IMG/VR virus record: IMGVR_UViG_3300026478_000449
Direction: 5' to 3' (one strand)
Length of the DNA: 64,000 bases
Source: a virus
Shown: piece by piece, positions 40,526 to 48,951 of the stretch
Layout: each line of letters opens with the position of its first letter
How positions within the stretch are numbered: the stretch's first letter is position 1
Notes under the pieces: generated by a model
The model's database searches: none
What the model was told of the DNA's origin: nothing
The model's input: only the letters and a program-made list of their open reading frames with translations
Made by a program: the position numbers and the translations under genes

Positions 40526-40762
40526 TTAGGCCACTTCTTTGAACACACGATAGCCACGGCCCTGAAGCACACGGATCGCGGCCTGTACTTCTTGATAGTT
40601 CTTTTCTTCCCAATCCAACATCTCTTTGGCGCCTTTGATGGTGTCTTCATCGCAGGTGTTACCTGTGGCAAAGTGACGGTAGAAGTAGTAGCGGCCTTCG
40701 TCACCCTCGACTGCCTGGATAGAGCCGATGTTCTTGTAGAGTTGAACTTCGTTGTGTTTCAT
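40526..40762 (-). CDS. hypothetical protein (78 aa)
   Basis: GGGAG RBS; own promoter. Confidence 0.45.
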   Translation of the reverse strand: MKHNEVQLYKNIGSIQAVEGDEGRYYFYRHFATGNTCDEDTIKGAKEMLDWEEKNYQEVQAAIRVLQGRGYRVFKEVA

Positions 40763-40790
40763 TTGCGCTCCCTATTTGTTAATATGCGTG

Positions 40791-40822
40791 TATTATACGA
40801 TCTTTTGGAAGACCTGTCAACC
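40791..40822 (-). promoter_or_regulatory. consensus sigma70 early promoter
   Basis: GGTTGACA-N17-TATAAT; flank duplicated at 41038-41072. Confidence 0.7.
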
Positions 40823-40832
40823 TCTAGGGTCT

Positions 40833-41006
40833 TTAGGCGGCAGCAAACAGCGCACGGAATTGTGACATCACGTTGTAGAAACTACGCAGTTCAGCGATAG
40901 TGAACTCGCCAGTGTTGTTTTCGATATAGATCAGGGTTTCCAGCACGGGCAGTTGGCCCAGGCGTTCTTGGATTCCTGCGATTACTCTAAGGTCTTGATT
41001 GATCAT
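40833..41006 (-). CDS. hypothetical protein (57 aa)
   Basis: Track ORF start 41039 lies inside the promoter -10; internal ATG at 41006 has an AGGAG RBS. Confidence 0.45.
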   Translation of the reverse strand: MINQDLRVIAGIQERLGQLPVLETLIYIENNTGEFTIAELRSFYNVMSQFRALFAAA

Positions 41007-41037
41007 CTTTCGCTCCTTGTTTGTTTGTGTATGTGTC

Positions 41038-41069
41038 AATTATACTGTCTTTTGGAAGACCTGTCAACC
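41038..41069 (-). promoter_or_regulatory. consensus sigma70 early promoter
   Basis: GGTTGACA-N17-TATAAT. Confidence 0.7.
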
Positions 41070-41324
41070 TCTAGGGTTATTGCGCACAAACTGCCACATC
41101 TTAAACGCTTCCCCACGCAGACCCATTAGAATCCCTTCGTAGTCTGCATAGGAGCAGCAGGCCCAAAGACTCTGAGGACGATAGGTGTAGCTGCCTGAGC
41201 CATCGCCCCAATCATACTCGCGTTCTGTGTTGTGCTGTGTGACGATCCTTTTCGCAGTTGCAGCCAGCTTGTAATACTTCTGCATATGACCCGAACGCTG
41301 ATCGTAGACTACCCAACCTGACAC
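41064..41324 (-). CDS. hypothetical protein (86 aa)
   Basis: GGAGG RBS. Confidence 0.45.
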   Translation of the reverse strand: MSGWVVYDQRSGHMQKYYKLAATAKRIVTQHNTEREYDWGDGSGSYTYRPQSLWACCSYADYEGILMGLRGEAFKMWQFVRNNPRG

Positions 41325-41465
41325 ATCAACCTCCGAAGACTATGGTTCCCGCAGCAGCGGCCGTGATTAAGATGGCCTGAGCAATGCCAAAGTGGAACAG
41401 AGCCCAGGTAACTGCAATCCATCCGATGAGTTTGATCATTGTTCGCTCCTTTGTTTCAGTGTTTA

Positions 41466-41497
41466 TAGTATAGGATCTTTAGCCCAAACTGTCAACC
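41466..41497 (-). promoter_or_regulatory. sigma70 early promoter
   Basis: GGTTGACA-N17-TATACT. Confidence 0.6.
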
Positions 41498-41716
41498 AAA
41501 ATAGTGGAATAACCCTGCGGCGCATACGGATATGCCCGCTAGGTTAACGATCATCTGTGGCTTATTTGCCACACGGTAGCTCCAAGCAAAATAGCACAGG
41601 CCACCGCAGAGTCCCAAGACGATCTGCAGAGGATGCAGAGTGTGGAAGAAGTTCATAACCACATACATTCCTAAGAGGAATGCAGTACCGGACCATTGGA
41701 GTAAGTTGTTTATCAT
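41492..41716 (-). CDS. small membrane protein (74 aa)
   Basis: Two hydrophobic segments; ATG only 6 nt after the promoter -10 (leaderless?). Confidence 0.4.
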   Translation of the reverse strand: MINNLLQWSGTAFLLGMYVVMNFFHTLHPLQIVLGLCGGLCYFAWSYRVANKPQMIVNLAGISVCAAGLFHYFG

Positions 41717-41721
41717 ATGTG

Positions 41722-41753
41722 TATTTTAACAGCCTTTTACCAATCTGTCAACC
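41722..41753 (-). promoter_or_regulatory. sigma70 early promoter
   Basis: GGTTGACA-N17-TAAAAT. Confidence 0.6.
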
Positions 41754-41756
41754 ATA

Positions 41757-42068
41757 TTAGCCCAGGTGTTTGCAGGCACCTCTAAATGTAAATCCTGGAC
41801 AGGTACAGGTTTTCTCTGCGTCGTTGACTGTGTAAGTTTTGCCGTTTGAGCCTTGGACTGTGCGTGTGTCATTTGATGCCTTTACTTTGAATGGGTTTGG
41901 TGTTACGGTTTGGAACTTCCGGCCTCGCTTGTCGAAGCCTTTGATTCCTGACTTGAAATAGAATGGCGTAGTTTCCCCTTGCTTGATATAGGCAACCAGC
42001 GTTGTGCCATCGAGTAGGTAAGTGTGGGCAGGAAACTGCCCCCCAGTGGTTTCCTGTAGGGCTTCCAT
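41757..42068 (-). CDS. SWIM zinc-finger protein
   Basis: C-terminal CTCPGFTFRGACKH = CxCxnCxH. Confidence 0.45.
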   Translation of the reverse strand: MEALQETTGGQFPAHTYLLDGTTLVAYIKQGETTPFYFKSGIKGFDKRGRKFQTVTPNPFKVKASNDTRTVQGSNGKTYTVNDAEKTCTCPGFTFRGACKHLG

Positions 42069-42250
42069 TACGCTGCCTCTTCAGTGTTCTCTTGTATAAA
42101 GTCCAGCACGTCATCCGCTGAGTTTTCAATTTGTGTGTGGATGTAGTAGCATTCGTCGCTGGCGCCCATTGCTGACTGTACCAATGCGTCTGCTTCCTGC
42201 AGTAGTTCCACAGCCCTGAGCAGTTGCTGGTTTTGCTTGTTTGTTAACAT
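42068..42250 (-). CDS. small acidic protein (60 aa)
   Basis: AGGAG RBS; promoter upstream. Confidence 0.4.
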   Translation of the reverse strand: MLTNKQNQQLLRAVELLQEADALVQSAMGASDECYYIHTQIENSADDVLDFIQENTEEAA

Positions 42251-42274
42251 CTTCGCTCCTTGTTAGTATGTGTA

Positions 42275-42306
42275 TATTGTATGCCCAAACAGCCAATCTG
42301 TCAACC
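42275..42306 (-). promoter_or_regulatory. consensus sigma70 early promoter
   Basis: GGTTGACA-N17-TACAAT. Confidence 0.7.
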
Positions 42307-42322
42307 AATTTGTAATAACCCT

Positions 42323-42715
42323 TTAGCTTGTAGGGCTATCCTTGATCATATACTCATTGCCTTCCACTACGGTACAGCGAACATTGCGCAGTGACTCAGC
42401 CATACGATTGATGAGTTCTTCACGTGAAGTGCCTTGGCCTAGGAACCGATCGTTGTCCTTGCGGAAAGCATAGAGCATTTCACCGTGCTTTTCCACCTTG
42501 ATTTCGATGTGATCTAACTCAGGTTCATCATGCTCAGGTTCAGGGATAGTGAGGCCATTGGCACGAGCCACACGAATCAAATCCTGATTCTTCACGCCCA
42601 ACTCCTTGAGGATCATGGAGAAAGCAGTGAGATGAATGCGGGTCGCAGCCCTGTTACCTAGGAACCAACCCAGGGCAAAGAATATAGCTAGTGTGATCCA
42701 ATCAATAAGTTCCAT
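42323..42715 (-). CDS. membrane-anchored hypothetical protein (130 aa)
   Basis: N-terminal TM helix MELIDWITLAIFFALGWFLG; GGAGA RBS. Confidence 0.45.
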   Translation of the reverse strand: MELIDWITLAIFFALGWFLGNRAATRIHLTAFSMILKELGVKNQDLIRVARANGLTIPEPEHDEPELDHIEIKVEKHGEMLYAFRKDNDRFLGQGTSREELINRMAESLRNVRCTVVEGNEYMIKDSPTS

Positions 42716-42733
42716 CGCGCTCTCCTATTGTTT

Positions 42734-42765
42734 AATTATATATTCAAAAACGCCAGTTGTCAACC
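42734..42765 (-). promoter_or_regulatory. consensus sigma70 early promoter
   Basis: GGTTGACA-N17-TATAAT. Confidence 0.7.
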
Positions 42766-42799
42766 AAAAAAAACCCTACTGTACGTGTATACAGTAGGG
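42766..42799 (-). terminator. rho-independent terminator
   Basis: 10-bp stem CCCTACTGTA/TACAGTAGGG; minus strand continues with T8. Confidence 0.75.
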
Positions 42800-42833
42800 T
42801 GTTAAGACCGCCGATACCGGGAGCGAATCGGGT

Positions 42834-43145
42834 TTATTCGGCGATAGCTTCTGTCTTCGCGACAGTAGTCTTACTTACCTTGGCAGCTGTGGCCAAAGGG
42901 TTCTTCTTGACAATGTAAGCAACAGCAGCTTCTACAGCAGCATTGCCCTTGCCAAAGCCAGTTTCGACCATATAGGCACCAATCTCAGCCTTGGTCATTT
43001 CACGTGGAAGATCCACGAGGTTGATGTCAGTGTGACCATTCTTGGCAAGGATCTTGATGCGCATCACGTCATTAGCGAAACGAACCTTGGTCTTACCTGC
43101 TTGAGTGGAAACACCAGCAACCGCAAACTTCTTATCTGTAGCCAT
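42834..43145 (-). CDS. small basic Lys/Ala-rich protein (103 aa)
   Basis: GAGG RBS; followed by conserved CCGATTCGCTCCCGG element and terminator. Confidence 0.45.
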   Translation of the reverse strand: MATDKKFAVAGVSTQAGKTKVRFANDVMRIKILAKNGHTDINLVDLPREMTKAEIGAYMVETGFGKGNAAVEAAVAYIVKKNPLATAAKVSKTTVAKTEAIAE

Positions 43146-43198
43146 TTAAATTACCTCTTTCTGTGTGTGTTAAAAAATATACCTTTTTGGTATGTTAT

Positions 43199-43230
43199 AA
43201 ATGTAGCATCAAGTGCCACTTCTGTCAACC
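43199..43230 (-). promoter_or_regulatory. sigma70 promoter (good -35, weak -10)
   Basis: GGTTGACA with a poor -10 (ACATTT/TACATT). Confidence 0.4.
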
Positions 43231-43415
43231 ATTCGGTTGTCCAATTTAGACACTCGAATGGTCACAGACTCTTTCTCGTCTAGGGCGGCGATAAACTCGT
43301 CGTCATAGACCAGATCCTGAAAGGCCAAATCGAGCATTTCCTCGACCCGGACCTCGTCCGCTGTGCCTGAACCTCCACAGATGACTTCTAATCGATAGTT
43401 AAAGGTTCTCGACAT
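43209..43415 (-). CDS. hypothetical protein (68 aa)
   Basis: Track ORF; overlaps promoter region, doubtful. Confidence 0.2.
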   Translation of the reverse strand: MSRTFNYRLEVICGGSGTADEVRVEEMLDLAFQDLVYDDEFIAALDEKESVTIRVSKLDNRMVDRSGT

Positions 43416-43713
43416 TTTCCCAAAATTCCTTGCGTAACATAAACATCGTGTAGGCTTCCTTGCTCAGATACAGCGATGATTTCTCTGCATCCCAGGCCCA
43501 AACCGGCTGATGTCCATCGAAGTAAGTGGGCCGGGCGCAGAACAATTCTCCTGAAGGACCAAACTGTTGCCACAGCCAGTTGCGAGCTCGAACCCATTGT
43601 GCAATTCGAGTCTGCTTCTGGCCATGTGGCTGATAGCCTGTGAACTCGACTCTATGACTGAAGCGATCGTGCCCGTCATAGCGTCGGTCCATTTTGACCA
43701 CAGTCATTGTCAT
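43399..43713 (-). CDS. hypothetical protein (104 aa)
   Basis: ATGA coupling to upstream gene. Confidence 0.35.
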   Translation of the reverse strand: MTMTVVKMDRRYDGHDRFSHRVEFTGYQPHGQKQTRIAQWVRARNWLWQQFGPSGELFCARPTYFDGHQPVWAWDAEKSSLYLSKEAYTMFMLRKEFWENVENL

Positions 43714-44333
43714 AGAGACTTCAACTCCAGGTTCTTGTCAACACCATCTTTGATCCACTCTGTGAGTTCTTCTTCTTCCTCTTCCTGGAACTCACGGATA
43801 GCCTCAGCGATGCAGAACGCTTCGTCTAGTTCTGGGTAATCCCGTTCGATCTCATCAGCAGTCATGCCTTCGAGGCTAAAGTCCTCGCAGTTGCCGTCCT
43901 CATATACACCAGCAAAAGCCATACCTGATTCATAGAACTGTGCAGAAACTCGGAAGCCTAGTTGCTCTAACTTCTGATAAGCATTCACGGGTGGAGACCA
44001 TGCTGAATCAAAGGTAGTGAACAGCGTCTTACCATCAGGGTGAATATCAGTCTGTCCATCGCCACCTACATCCCATTTGGTTCCCCACTCGCCGACGCAG
44101 TAGTCATACCAGTTGCTGTAGCCAAACTTTTCAACATTGGACTTCATCTGTGCTTCCAATGCGGCCTGCTTGTCTCCGTCCCCGTAGGAACCAGCCATGG
44201 TTTCTGTGAGTTCTTTGGGCACAGGAATGAACTCCTGCAGGAACTCTCCACGATCCAGTGCTTCTTTGGCACGAGTAATCATTGCTGGATCATCGTGCTC
44301 AAGGGTCAATGTGTTGTTGCACCAATTTGGCAT
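43710..44333 (-). CDS. hypothetical protein (207 aa)
   Basis: Track start 44390 lies inside the promoter -35; ATG at 44333 has an AGGAG RBS; MPNWCNNTL N-terminus; acidic EEEEEE segment. Confidence 0.45.
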   Translation of the reverse strand: MPNWCNNTLTLEHDDPAMITRAKEALDRGEFLQEFIPVPKELTETMAGSYGDGDKQAALEAQMKSNVEKFGYSNWYDYCVGEWGTKWDVGGDGQTDIHPDGKTLFTTFDSAWSPPVNAYQKLEQLGFRVSAQFYESGMAFAGVYEDGNCEDFSLEGMTADEIERDYPELDEAFCIAEAIREFQEEEEEELTEWIKDGVDKNLELKSL

Positions 44334-44360
44334 ATCACGCTCCTTCTGTTTCAGTATTAG

Positions 44361-44392
44361 TATTATACAACCGATCTTCGATGTTGTCAACC
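44361..44392 (-). promoter_or_regulatory. consensus sigma70 early promoter
   Basis: GGTTGACA-N17-TATAAT. Confidence 0.7.
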
Positions 44393-44528
44393 AAATTCTG
44401 TTCCAAAGTGTCAGCGGAGCGACTCAGAATCTGGGCCATAGTGCGTTCCACCTTAATCCTCTCTGGAAGGCTCATGGGTGTTTCCAAGGCCTTGACGGCT
44501 CGTTGAATGTATTGAAATTCCGTAGGGG

Positions 44529-44777
44529 TCATCGCCAATCCTTCTTGTTACCATCACGCTCGTTGTCGTTGTAGCCGGCCATGTATTCAGCCACTGAAGC
44601 CTCGTCGTTGACCGAGACTCGGGCGCCGGAATCGCCTCCCACTCCACCGTAGTGAGGATCACGTGCCCTACCGTAGTAGGAGTCTGCGGATCCACGATCA
44701 TACAAGCAACCATGGGTTCCACGCACGAACTGCCAACCCTTTAGGGCATTTACAACACGCTGTTTTTCTGTTATCAT
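44529..44777 (-). CDS. hypothetical protein (82 aa)
   Basis: AGGAG RBS. Confidence 0.4.
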   Translation of the reverse strand: MITEKQRVVNALKGWQFVRGTHGCLYDRGSADSYYGRARDPHYGGVGGDSGARVSVNDEASVAEYMAGYNDNERDGNKKDWR

Positions 44778-44799
44778 CGTTCGCTCCTTATCATAGTTC

Positions 44800-44831
44800 T
44801 ATTGTATGATCAAGCAGCCAATTTGTCAACC
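44800..44831 (-). promoter_or_regulatory. consensus sigma70 early promoter
   Basis: GGTTGACA-N17-TACAAT. Confidence 0.7.
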
Positions 44832-44950
44832 AATTTCAACTCAGGTTTTCCTACAACACGGCCGCCGTTGATTGTGGCGTACATTTCCGCTACAGCCCGA
44901 ACGTAGAACTTCTGGGAGTTGCCATTGGGGTAAATCACGGTGTATTCCAT
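44810..44950 (-). CDS. small protein (46 aa) not in ORF track
   Basis: AGGAG RBS then ATG; MEYTVIYPNGNSQKFYVRAVAEMYATINGGRVVGKPELKLVDKLAA; own promoter. Confidence 0.35.
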   Translation of the reverse strand: MEYTVIYPNGNSQKFYVRAVAEMYATINGGRVVGKPELKLVDKLAA

Positions 44951-44971
44951 TCGCTCTCCTAACTATGTGTC

Positions 44972-45003
44972 AATTATAGCAAGGATCAGCCAAAGTGTCA
45001 ACC
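44972..45003 (-). promoter_or_regulatory. consensus sigma70 early promoter
   Basis: GGTTGACA-N17-TATAAT. Confidence 0.7.
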
Positions 45004-45264
45004 AGTTTTTTTAGCGATATGTGGATAACCTTTGAGTTTGGCGGGTTTCTTCTTGACCTTAAACTCTTTCTCAACATAGTATTTGAGCAGCTCTGTTTGG
45101 ATCATTTTGACCAAATCCGAACCGTTAGATTCCGGGCAGATGAACCGAACCGGACAGTGACCCCAACTCATATGCTCTAGGAATTGGTTGTAGTAGCGTC
45201 TGTGCATCTTGTTCCTTGGATCAAAGGCTACAAGGGGGCGGGCGTAGTATTCTAATTTGCTCAC
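44998..45264 (-). CDS. hypothetical protein (88 aa, GTG start)
   Basis: GTGA coupling to upstream small ORF. Confidence 0.3.
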   Translation of the reverse strand: MSKLEYYARPLVAFDPRNKMHRRYYNQFLEHMSWGHCPVRFICPESNGSDLVKMIQTELLKYYVEKEFKVKKKPAKLKGYPHIAKKTG

Positions 45265-45437
45265 GAATTTACAGTCTCAAACGGATCGTAGGAATCGTCT
45301 GTGGTTAGCCCGTTACCGGCGATCCAATCATAGACCATCTCTGTGGGGCACTCCAACATGAGAGCAATCATCTTAGGCGAATGACCTTCGATATACAGTT
45401 GCTCGATATCATAGGCAAGATCTGCGACTTTACTCAT
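45261..45437 (-). CDS. small protein (58 aa) not in ORF track
   Basis: ATGA coupling; MSKVADLAYDIEQLYIEGHSPKMIALMLE... Confidence 0.3.
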   Translation of the reverse strand: MSKVADLAYDIEQLYIEGHSPKMIALMLECPTEMVYDWIAGNGLTTDDSYDPFETVNS

Positions 45438-45565
45438 TTAGCATTCTCCATAACTCCAGTTACAACCGTGTGGGTGGTATCAACAGCATTACCAACGATG
45501 GTCTTAGTAACAGCAGGGTACAGGACAGCCAATGTTAAAAATACTCCTAACAAGAATTTAAGCAT
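45434..45565 (-). CDS. small hydrophobic peptide (43 aa) not in ORF track
   Basis: AGGAG RBS; MLKFLLGVFLTLAVLYPAVTK...; first gene after promoter 45597-45628. Confidence 0.35.
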   Translation of the reverse strand: MLKFLLGVFLTLAVLYPAVTKTIVGNAVDTTHTVVTGVMENAK

Positions 45566-45596
45566 TTTATCACTCCTTACTTTGTTACGATATCTA

Positions 45597-45628
45597 TATT
45601 ATACAACCAATCTACCTATCTGTCAAGA
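45597..45628 (-). promoter_or_regulatory. sigma70 early promoter
   Basis: TCTTGACA-N17-TATAAT. Confidence 0.65.
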
Positions 45629-45706
45629 CCTAGATTCACGCACACACGTAGCAGCGGGGCCACTTAGGAAGTTGTGGCTTTTTAGCCACAACCCCCGGCA
45701 CTCCGG

Positions 45707-46912
45707 TTAGCCCGTTTCCTTTTCGTAGATAACAGTCTGACCAAAGGGTGCTTGAGCAGATGTGTTACCTTTAACGATAAAGATTGTGTCGCAGTAGTCC
45801 TCAGGACCCCAACTACCGCAGGGATAGCCGTCTGTGAACATAATGAACTTCTTAGGGCGAATGTCATTCTCTTCCATAAAGGTAAAGTTGACATCGAAGT
45901 CTGTGCCACCGCCACCTTGAGGTTCATACTCAACCAAGTCTTCAGCGTTGTCGTGGCTGATGCTTTGGTGATTGTAGATCTCTGTGTCAAAACACCACAG
46001 GTTGATCTTGAAGTCCTCGTATTGATCCATAATGCCTTTGATCTCAGAAAGGAATACAGTTGCATCCTCTTCACCGATCGAACCCGACATATCGATTGCA
46101 ATAGCCACGTCAATGGTAGTTGCTTCTTTCATACCAGGAAGCACCGCACCTGAGTGTTGGCTCTTACGATTGTAGCGAGCGAATGAGTAGTCATTACGCA
46201 CAATAGATTGGATCTCTTGCTGAACCAATTGGCGCCAGTCCATTTTAGGCTCAGTCATAGTCTTGATCATACGCATAATGCCCGCAGGAGTCTTACCTGC
46301 ACCAGCGGCCGCGGCACTTTGGATCATAGCCTCTTTGATCTCTTGACGCAGTTTCTCAGCTTCTTCCTTACTGAGCGTAGGCTTCTCTTTGCCGTCTTTG
46401 GTCTTGTCGCCAGGGCTACCAGCACCTTCTTCTTCTTTAATGTGCTCGTCCAAAAGGTCACCCAATTGCTTCAGCAGTTGATCCATAGGGATCTTCTCTG
46501 CTTGTTCATACAATTGATCGTAGATTTCTTCCCAAGCCATACCACGATACTTGGGATCGTAGCAGATCTTAACCTCGGTGATCTTCTCACCGATGCGTTC
46601 GTCTACAAGGATTTGGTTTACGGCATAGTCCTGTGCGATGTTAGACAGCATACGATCACGTGAACCTACGCGACCAAAGTGATCAAAAACGCAGTGGCAG
46701 ATCTCGTGTGCCAGCAGGAACTCTAACTTCTTAACAGACAGTTTGTTAATGAAGTCCTTGTTATACATAAAGTCACGGCCGTTAGTTGCCGCGGTAGGGC
46801 ACCAGTCTGAAGCGTCCATCAAACGCATACGGGTGGCCATATTGCCGAAGAAGGGTGCTTTCAAAAGCAGGCCTACTCGTGCAGTAGTTAGTTTCTCAAC
46901 GATTGGATCCAT
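45707..46912 (-). CDS. metallopeptidase-like + vWA domain protein (DUF2201/CobT-like partner of a MoxR ATPase)
   Basis: HEICHCVFDHF (HExxH) N-terminal; DMSGSIG MIDAS motif; directly downstream of the AAA+ MoxR/CobS-like gene. Confidence 0.55.
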   Translation of the reverse strand: MDPIVEKLTTARVGLLLKAPFFGNMATRMRLMDASDWCPTAATNGRDFMYNKDFINKLSVKKLEFLLAHEICHCVFDHFGRVGSRDRMLSNIAQDYAVNQILVDERIGEKITEVKICYDPKYRGMAWEEIYDQLYEQAEKIPMDQLLKQLGDLLDEHIKEEEGAGSPGDKTKDGKEKPTLSKEEAEKLRQEIKEAMIQSAAAAGAGKTPAGIMRMIKTMTEPKMDWRQLVQQEIQSIVRNDYSFARYNRKSQHSGAVLPGMKEATTIDVAIAIDMSGSIGEEDATVFLSEIKGIMDQYEDFKINLWCFDTEIYNHQSISHDNAEDLVEYEPQGGGGTDFDVNFTFMEENDIRPKKFIMFTDGYPCGSWGPEDYCDTIFIVKGNTSAQAPFGQTVIYEKETG

Positions 46913-46936
46913 AAGTCGCTCTCCTTAGTATGTATA

Positions 46937-46968
46937 TATTATAGCACCGGAAATCCAATGCGTCAACC
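46937..46968 (-). promoter_or_regulatory. sigma70 early promoter
   Basis: GGTTGACG-N17-TATAAT. Confidence 0.6.
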
Positions 46969-47018
46969 GTAAAAAAAGGGTGTTGTATTTCTACAACACC
47001 CCCGCAATGGGCGAGGTC

Positions 47019-48104
47019 TTAATTCTCCATTGCTGAAAGAACATACTTGCCGAAACGCTTGTGGAACTCGTCGAACGACTTCATCTTAGTAGCGTCCAGG
47101 GGCAGGTCGTAGTTAGTAAGAGCAGTCTTTGCACCCATAACAACCAACTCTGTTGGGAAGTTAGCCATCATATAGGCAAAGAAGTTATCTGCCATACCGT
47201 CCCAGTCCTTGACCTTCTTCTCAGCACGGTCTTTCAACTCGTAGCAGAGTGAAACAGTCAACGAATACATCGCAGACACTTCTTTGATCTGCAGGTCCTT
47301 GACCTTGCCATCCAAAATGTCTTCTGCCTTAGGCAGTTTGCCTGCGATCTTACGGTGAGCCATAAACTTATTGCTCAGACCGTCACCAACGGCACCCGCA
47401 ATCAGGGTAGCCAAAGTCTCGTTGTCAACATCGTCGTCGCTGAGCAGGTCAGAAACGAACATCCAAGAACGAGGAGTAGCAAATGACTTGCTAGGGCTCT
47501 TAGGATCGAAGTCATACAGGTCTTGCTTGGCAAAGCCTACATAACCTACGACATCTGGATGCACCTTGTTCAAGGTAGCCCAGTCTTGCCAGTCATCAAA
47601 GTCCACTTTCATTTCCAAGTGAACGAAACGGTTAGCCAGCGGAGCAGGCATACGGTAGGTAACACCACGGTCACCTTCACGGTTACCAGCGGCGACTACG
47701 TCAACACCCTTAGGCAGTTCGTAGGTACCAACACGACGGTTCAGAATCAACTGATAGGCCGCGGCCTGAACAGCAGGAGGAGCAGAGTTCAATTCATCCA
47801 AGAAGATGATTGCCTTGCTATCTGGGTCCACAGGCAGTTCTGCAGGAGGAGCCCAAGTCATTTTGCCTTGATCGGCATTGTAATAAGGAATACCCTTGAT
47901 GTCGGTGGGCTCCCAAAGTGCTAGGCGGACGTCGATGACCTCACGACCTGCGTCTTCACCGATCTGCTTGACGAGATCGGATTTACCAATGCCTGGAGGA
48001 CCCCACAGGAACACTGGACGGCGAACATTGACCGCCTTACGAATTGCCTTCTTGGCGTTTTTAGGACCAACTTGGCGAACGGAAACATCTACTTGCTTTG
48101 ACAT
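47019..48104 (-). CDS. MoxR/CobS-like AAA+ ATPase
   Basis: GPPGIGKS Walker A, IIFLDELN Walker B, AAGN sensor; about 360 aa. Confidence 0.6.
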   Translation of the reverse strand: MSKQVDVSVRQVGPKNAKKAIRKAVNVRRPVFLWGPPGIGKSDLVKQIGEDAGREVIDVRLALWEPTDIKGIPYYNADQGKMTWAPPAELPVDPDSKAIIFLDELNSAPPAVQAAAYQLILNRRVGTYELPKGVDVVAAGNREGDRGVTYRMPAPLANRFVHLEMKVDFDDWQDWATLNKVHPDVVGYVGFAKQDLYDFDPKSPSKSFATPRSWMFVSDLLSDDDVDNETLATLIAGAVGDGLSNKFMAHRKIAGKLPKAEDILDGKVKDLQIKEVSAMYSLTVSLCYELKDRAEKKVKDWDGMADNFFAYMMANFPTELVVMGAKTALTNYDLPLDATKMKSFDEFHKRFGKYVLSAMEN

Positions 48105-48152
48105 AAGACCTCGCTTAAAAAACAGTTAAAACAATTACTCTCTCAGTATCAT

Positions 48153-48184
48153 TATTGTAGCACCAGGTGCCCAACCTGTCAACT
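48153..48184 (-). promoter_or_regulatory. sigma70 early promoter
   Basis: AGTTGACA-N17-TACAAT. Confidence 0.65.
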
Positions 48185-48820
48185 GATGATTTTCACATAA
48201 TTTAGGGCTGTTGTTTTATCGCCACGATGCTGTTTGATCTTGGCCTTCACCCGCAGTTCACCTTCTACAGCACGTGAGAACCAAAAGTCCACAAATGACT
48301 CACCTGCACGGGCGTAGATCTTGAACTTGTTGTATTCAGGATTGTAACGCGAACGTATTACAGTCAGAGAGATCACAACAGTATCCCCTACAGCGCCCGG
48401 GAGTTGCTCACTTTGGAACAGTTCTCGTTTCATCTCCGTCCGGGATTGCTCCATGCGAGCTGACTGGGGCAAGCAGCTGACAATGGCGAAGTCCAACATA
48501 TCACGGCCCGTGAACTCGTCCTTTTGGGCAATCTTGAGAGCAGTCTGCTCGAAGTCTGTGATCTTCCCAGTCAGCAGCTTCATGGTGAAGGTGTTGATCT
48601 GTGCGCGATATTGCTGTCCCTGAGCGATCTCTTCTGCTGTAGGCTGCACATTGTCGCGGAGCCATTGCTTGACCAAGACCTTGTTTGGTTGCTTGATCAC
48701 GGTGTTGTAGTCTATCCCGTGGGTGGCAGTAGCAGCATAGACTGGCTCTTTGCAGTAGCCGCCATTTTGAACATCAGCCCTAACAGCCAGGCCCCATACT
48801 TGATCTGCTGTGAATTGCAT
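48179..48820 (-). CDS. hypothetical protein (213 aa)
   Basis: GGAG RBS. Confidence 0.4.
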   Translation of the reverse strand: MQFTADQVWGLAVRADVQNGGYCKEPVYAATATHGIDYNTVIKQPNKVLVKQWLRDNVQPTAEEIAQGQQYRAQINTFTMKLLTGKITDFEQTALKIAQKDEFTGRDMLDFAIVSCLPQSARMEQSRTEMKRELFQSEQLPGAVGDTVVISLTVIRSRYNPEYNKFKIYARAGESFVDFWFSRAVEGELRVKAKIKQHRGDKTTALNYVKIIS

Positions 48821-48846
48821 TCTTCGCTCCGTTGTCTAACTGTCTC

Positions 48847-48878
48847 TATTATATAGCTGATCGCCCAAGTTGTCAACC
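48847..48878 (-). promoter_or_regulatory. consensus sigma70 early promoter
   Basis: GGTTGACA-N17-TATAAT. Confidence 0.7.
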
Positions 48879-48922
48879 GGTTTGGAGAGTGCCGGCCGGT
48901 GTGGCATTTTTGCAACATCCAG

Positions 48923-48951
48923 CCAAAAGAAAAGCCGCTGTAGTAGCGGCT
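48923..48951 (-). terminator. rho-independent terminator
   Basis: AGCCGCT-GTAGT-AGCGGCT hairpin; minus strand continues TTTTCTTTTGG. Confidence 0.65.

Noticed and set aside
41368-41439. 23-codon ORF with an AGGAG RBS directly after promoter 41466-41497
   Set aside because: Too short to call. It may be a leader peptide or coincidental. The promoter plausibly serves 41064..41324, which has its own GGAGG RBS.
43728-43736. TTGACA hexamer 17 nt upstream of the start of 43399..43713
   Set aside because: There is no -10 box or room for a 5-prime UTR. The gene is ATGA-coupled to the upstream gene instead.
45671-45692. Hairpin GTTGTGGCT-TTTT-AGCCACAAC after the vWA gene, considered as a terminator
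   Set aside because: It is not followed by a U-tract on the coding (minus) strand. It may be an RNA stability element but not a canonical intrinsic terminator.
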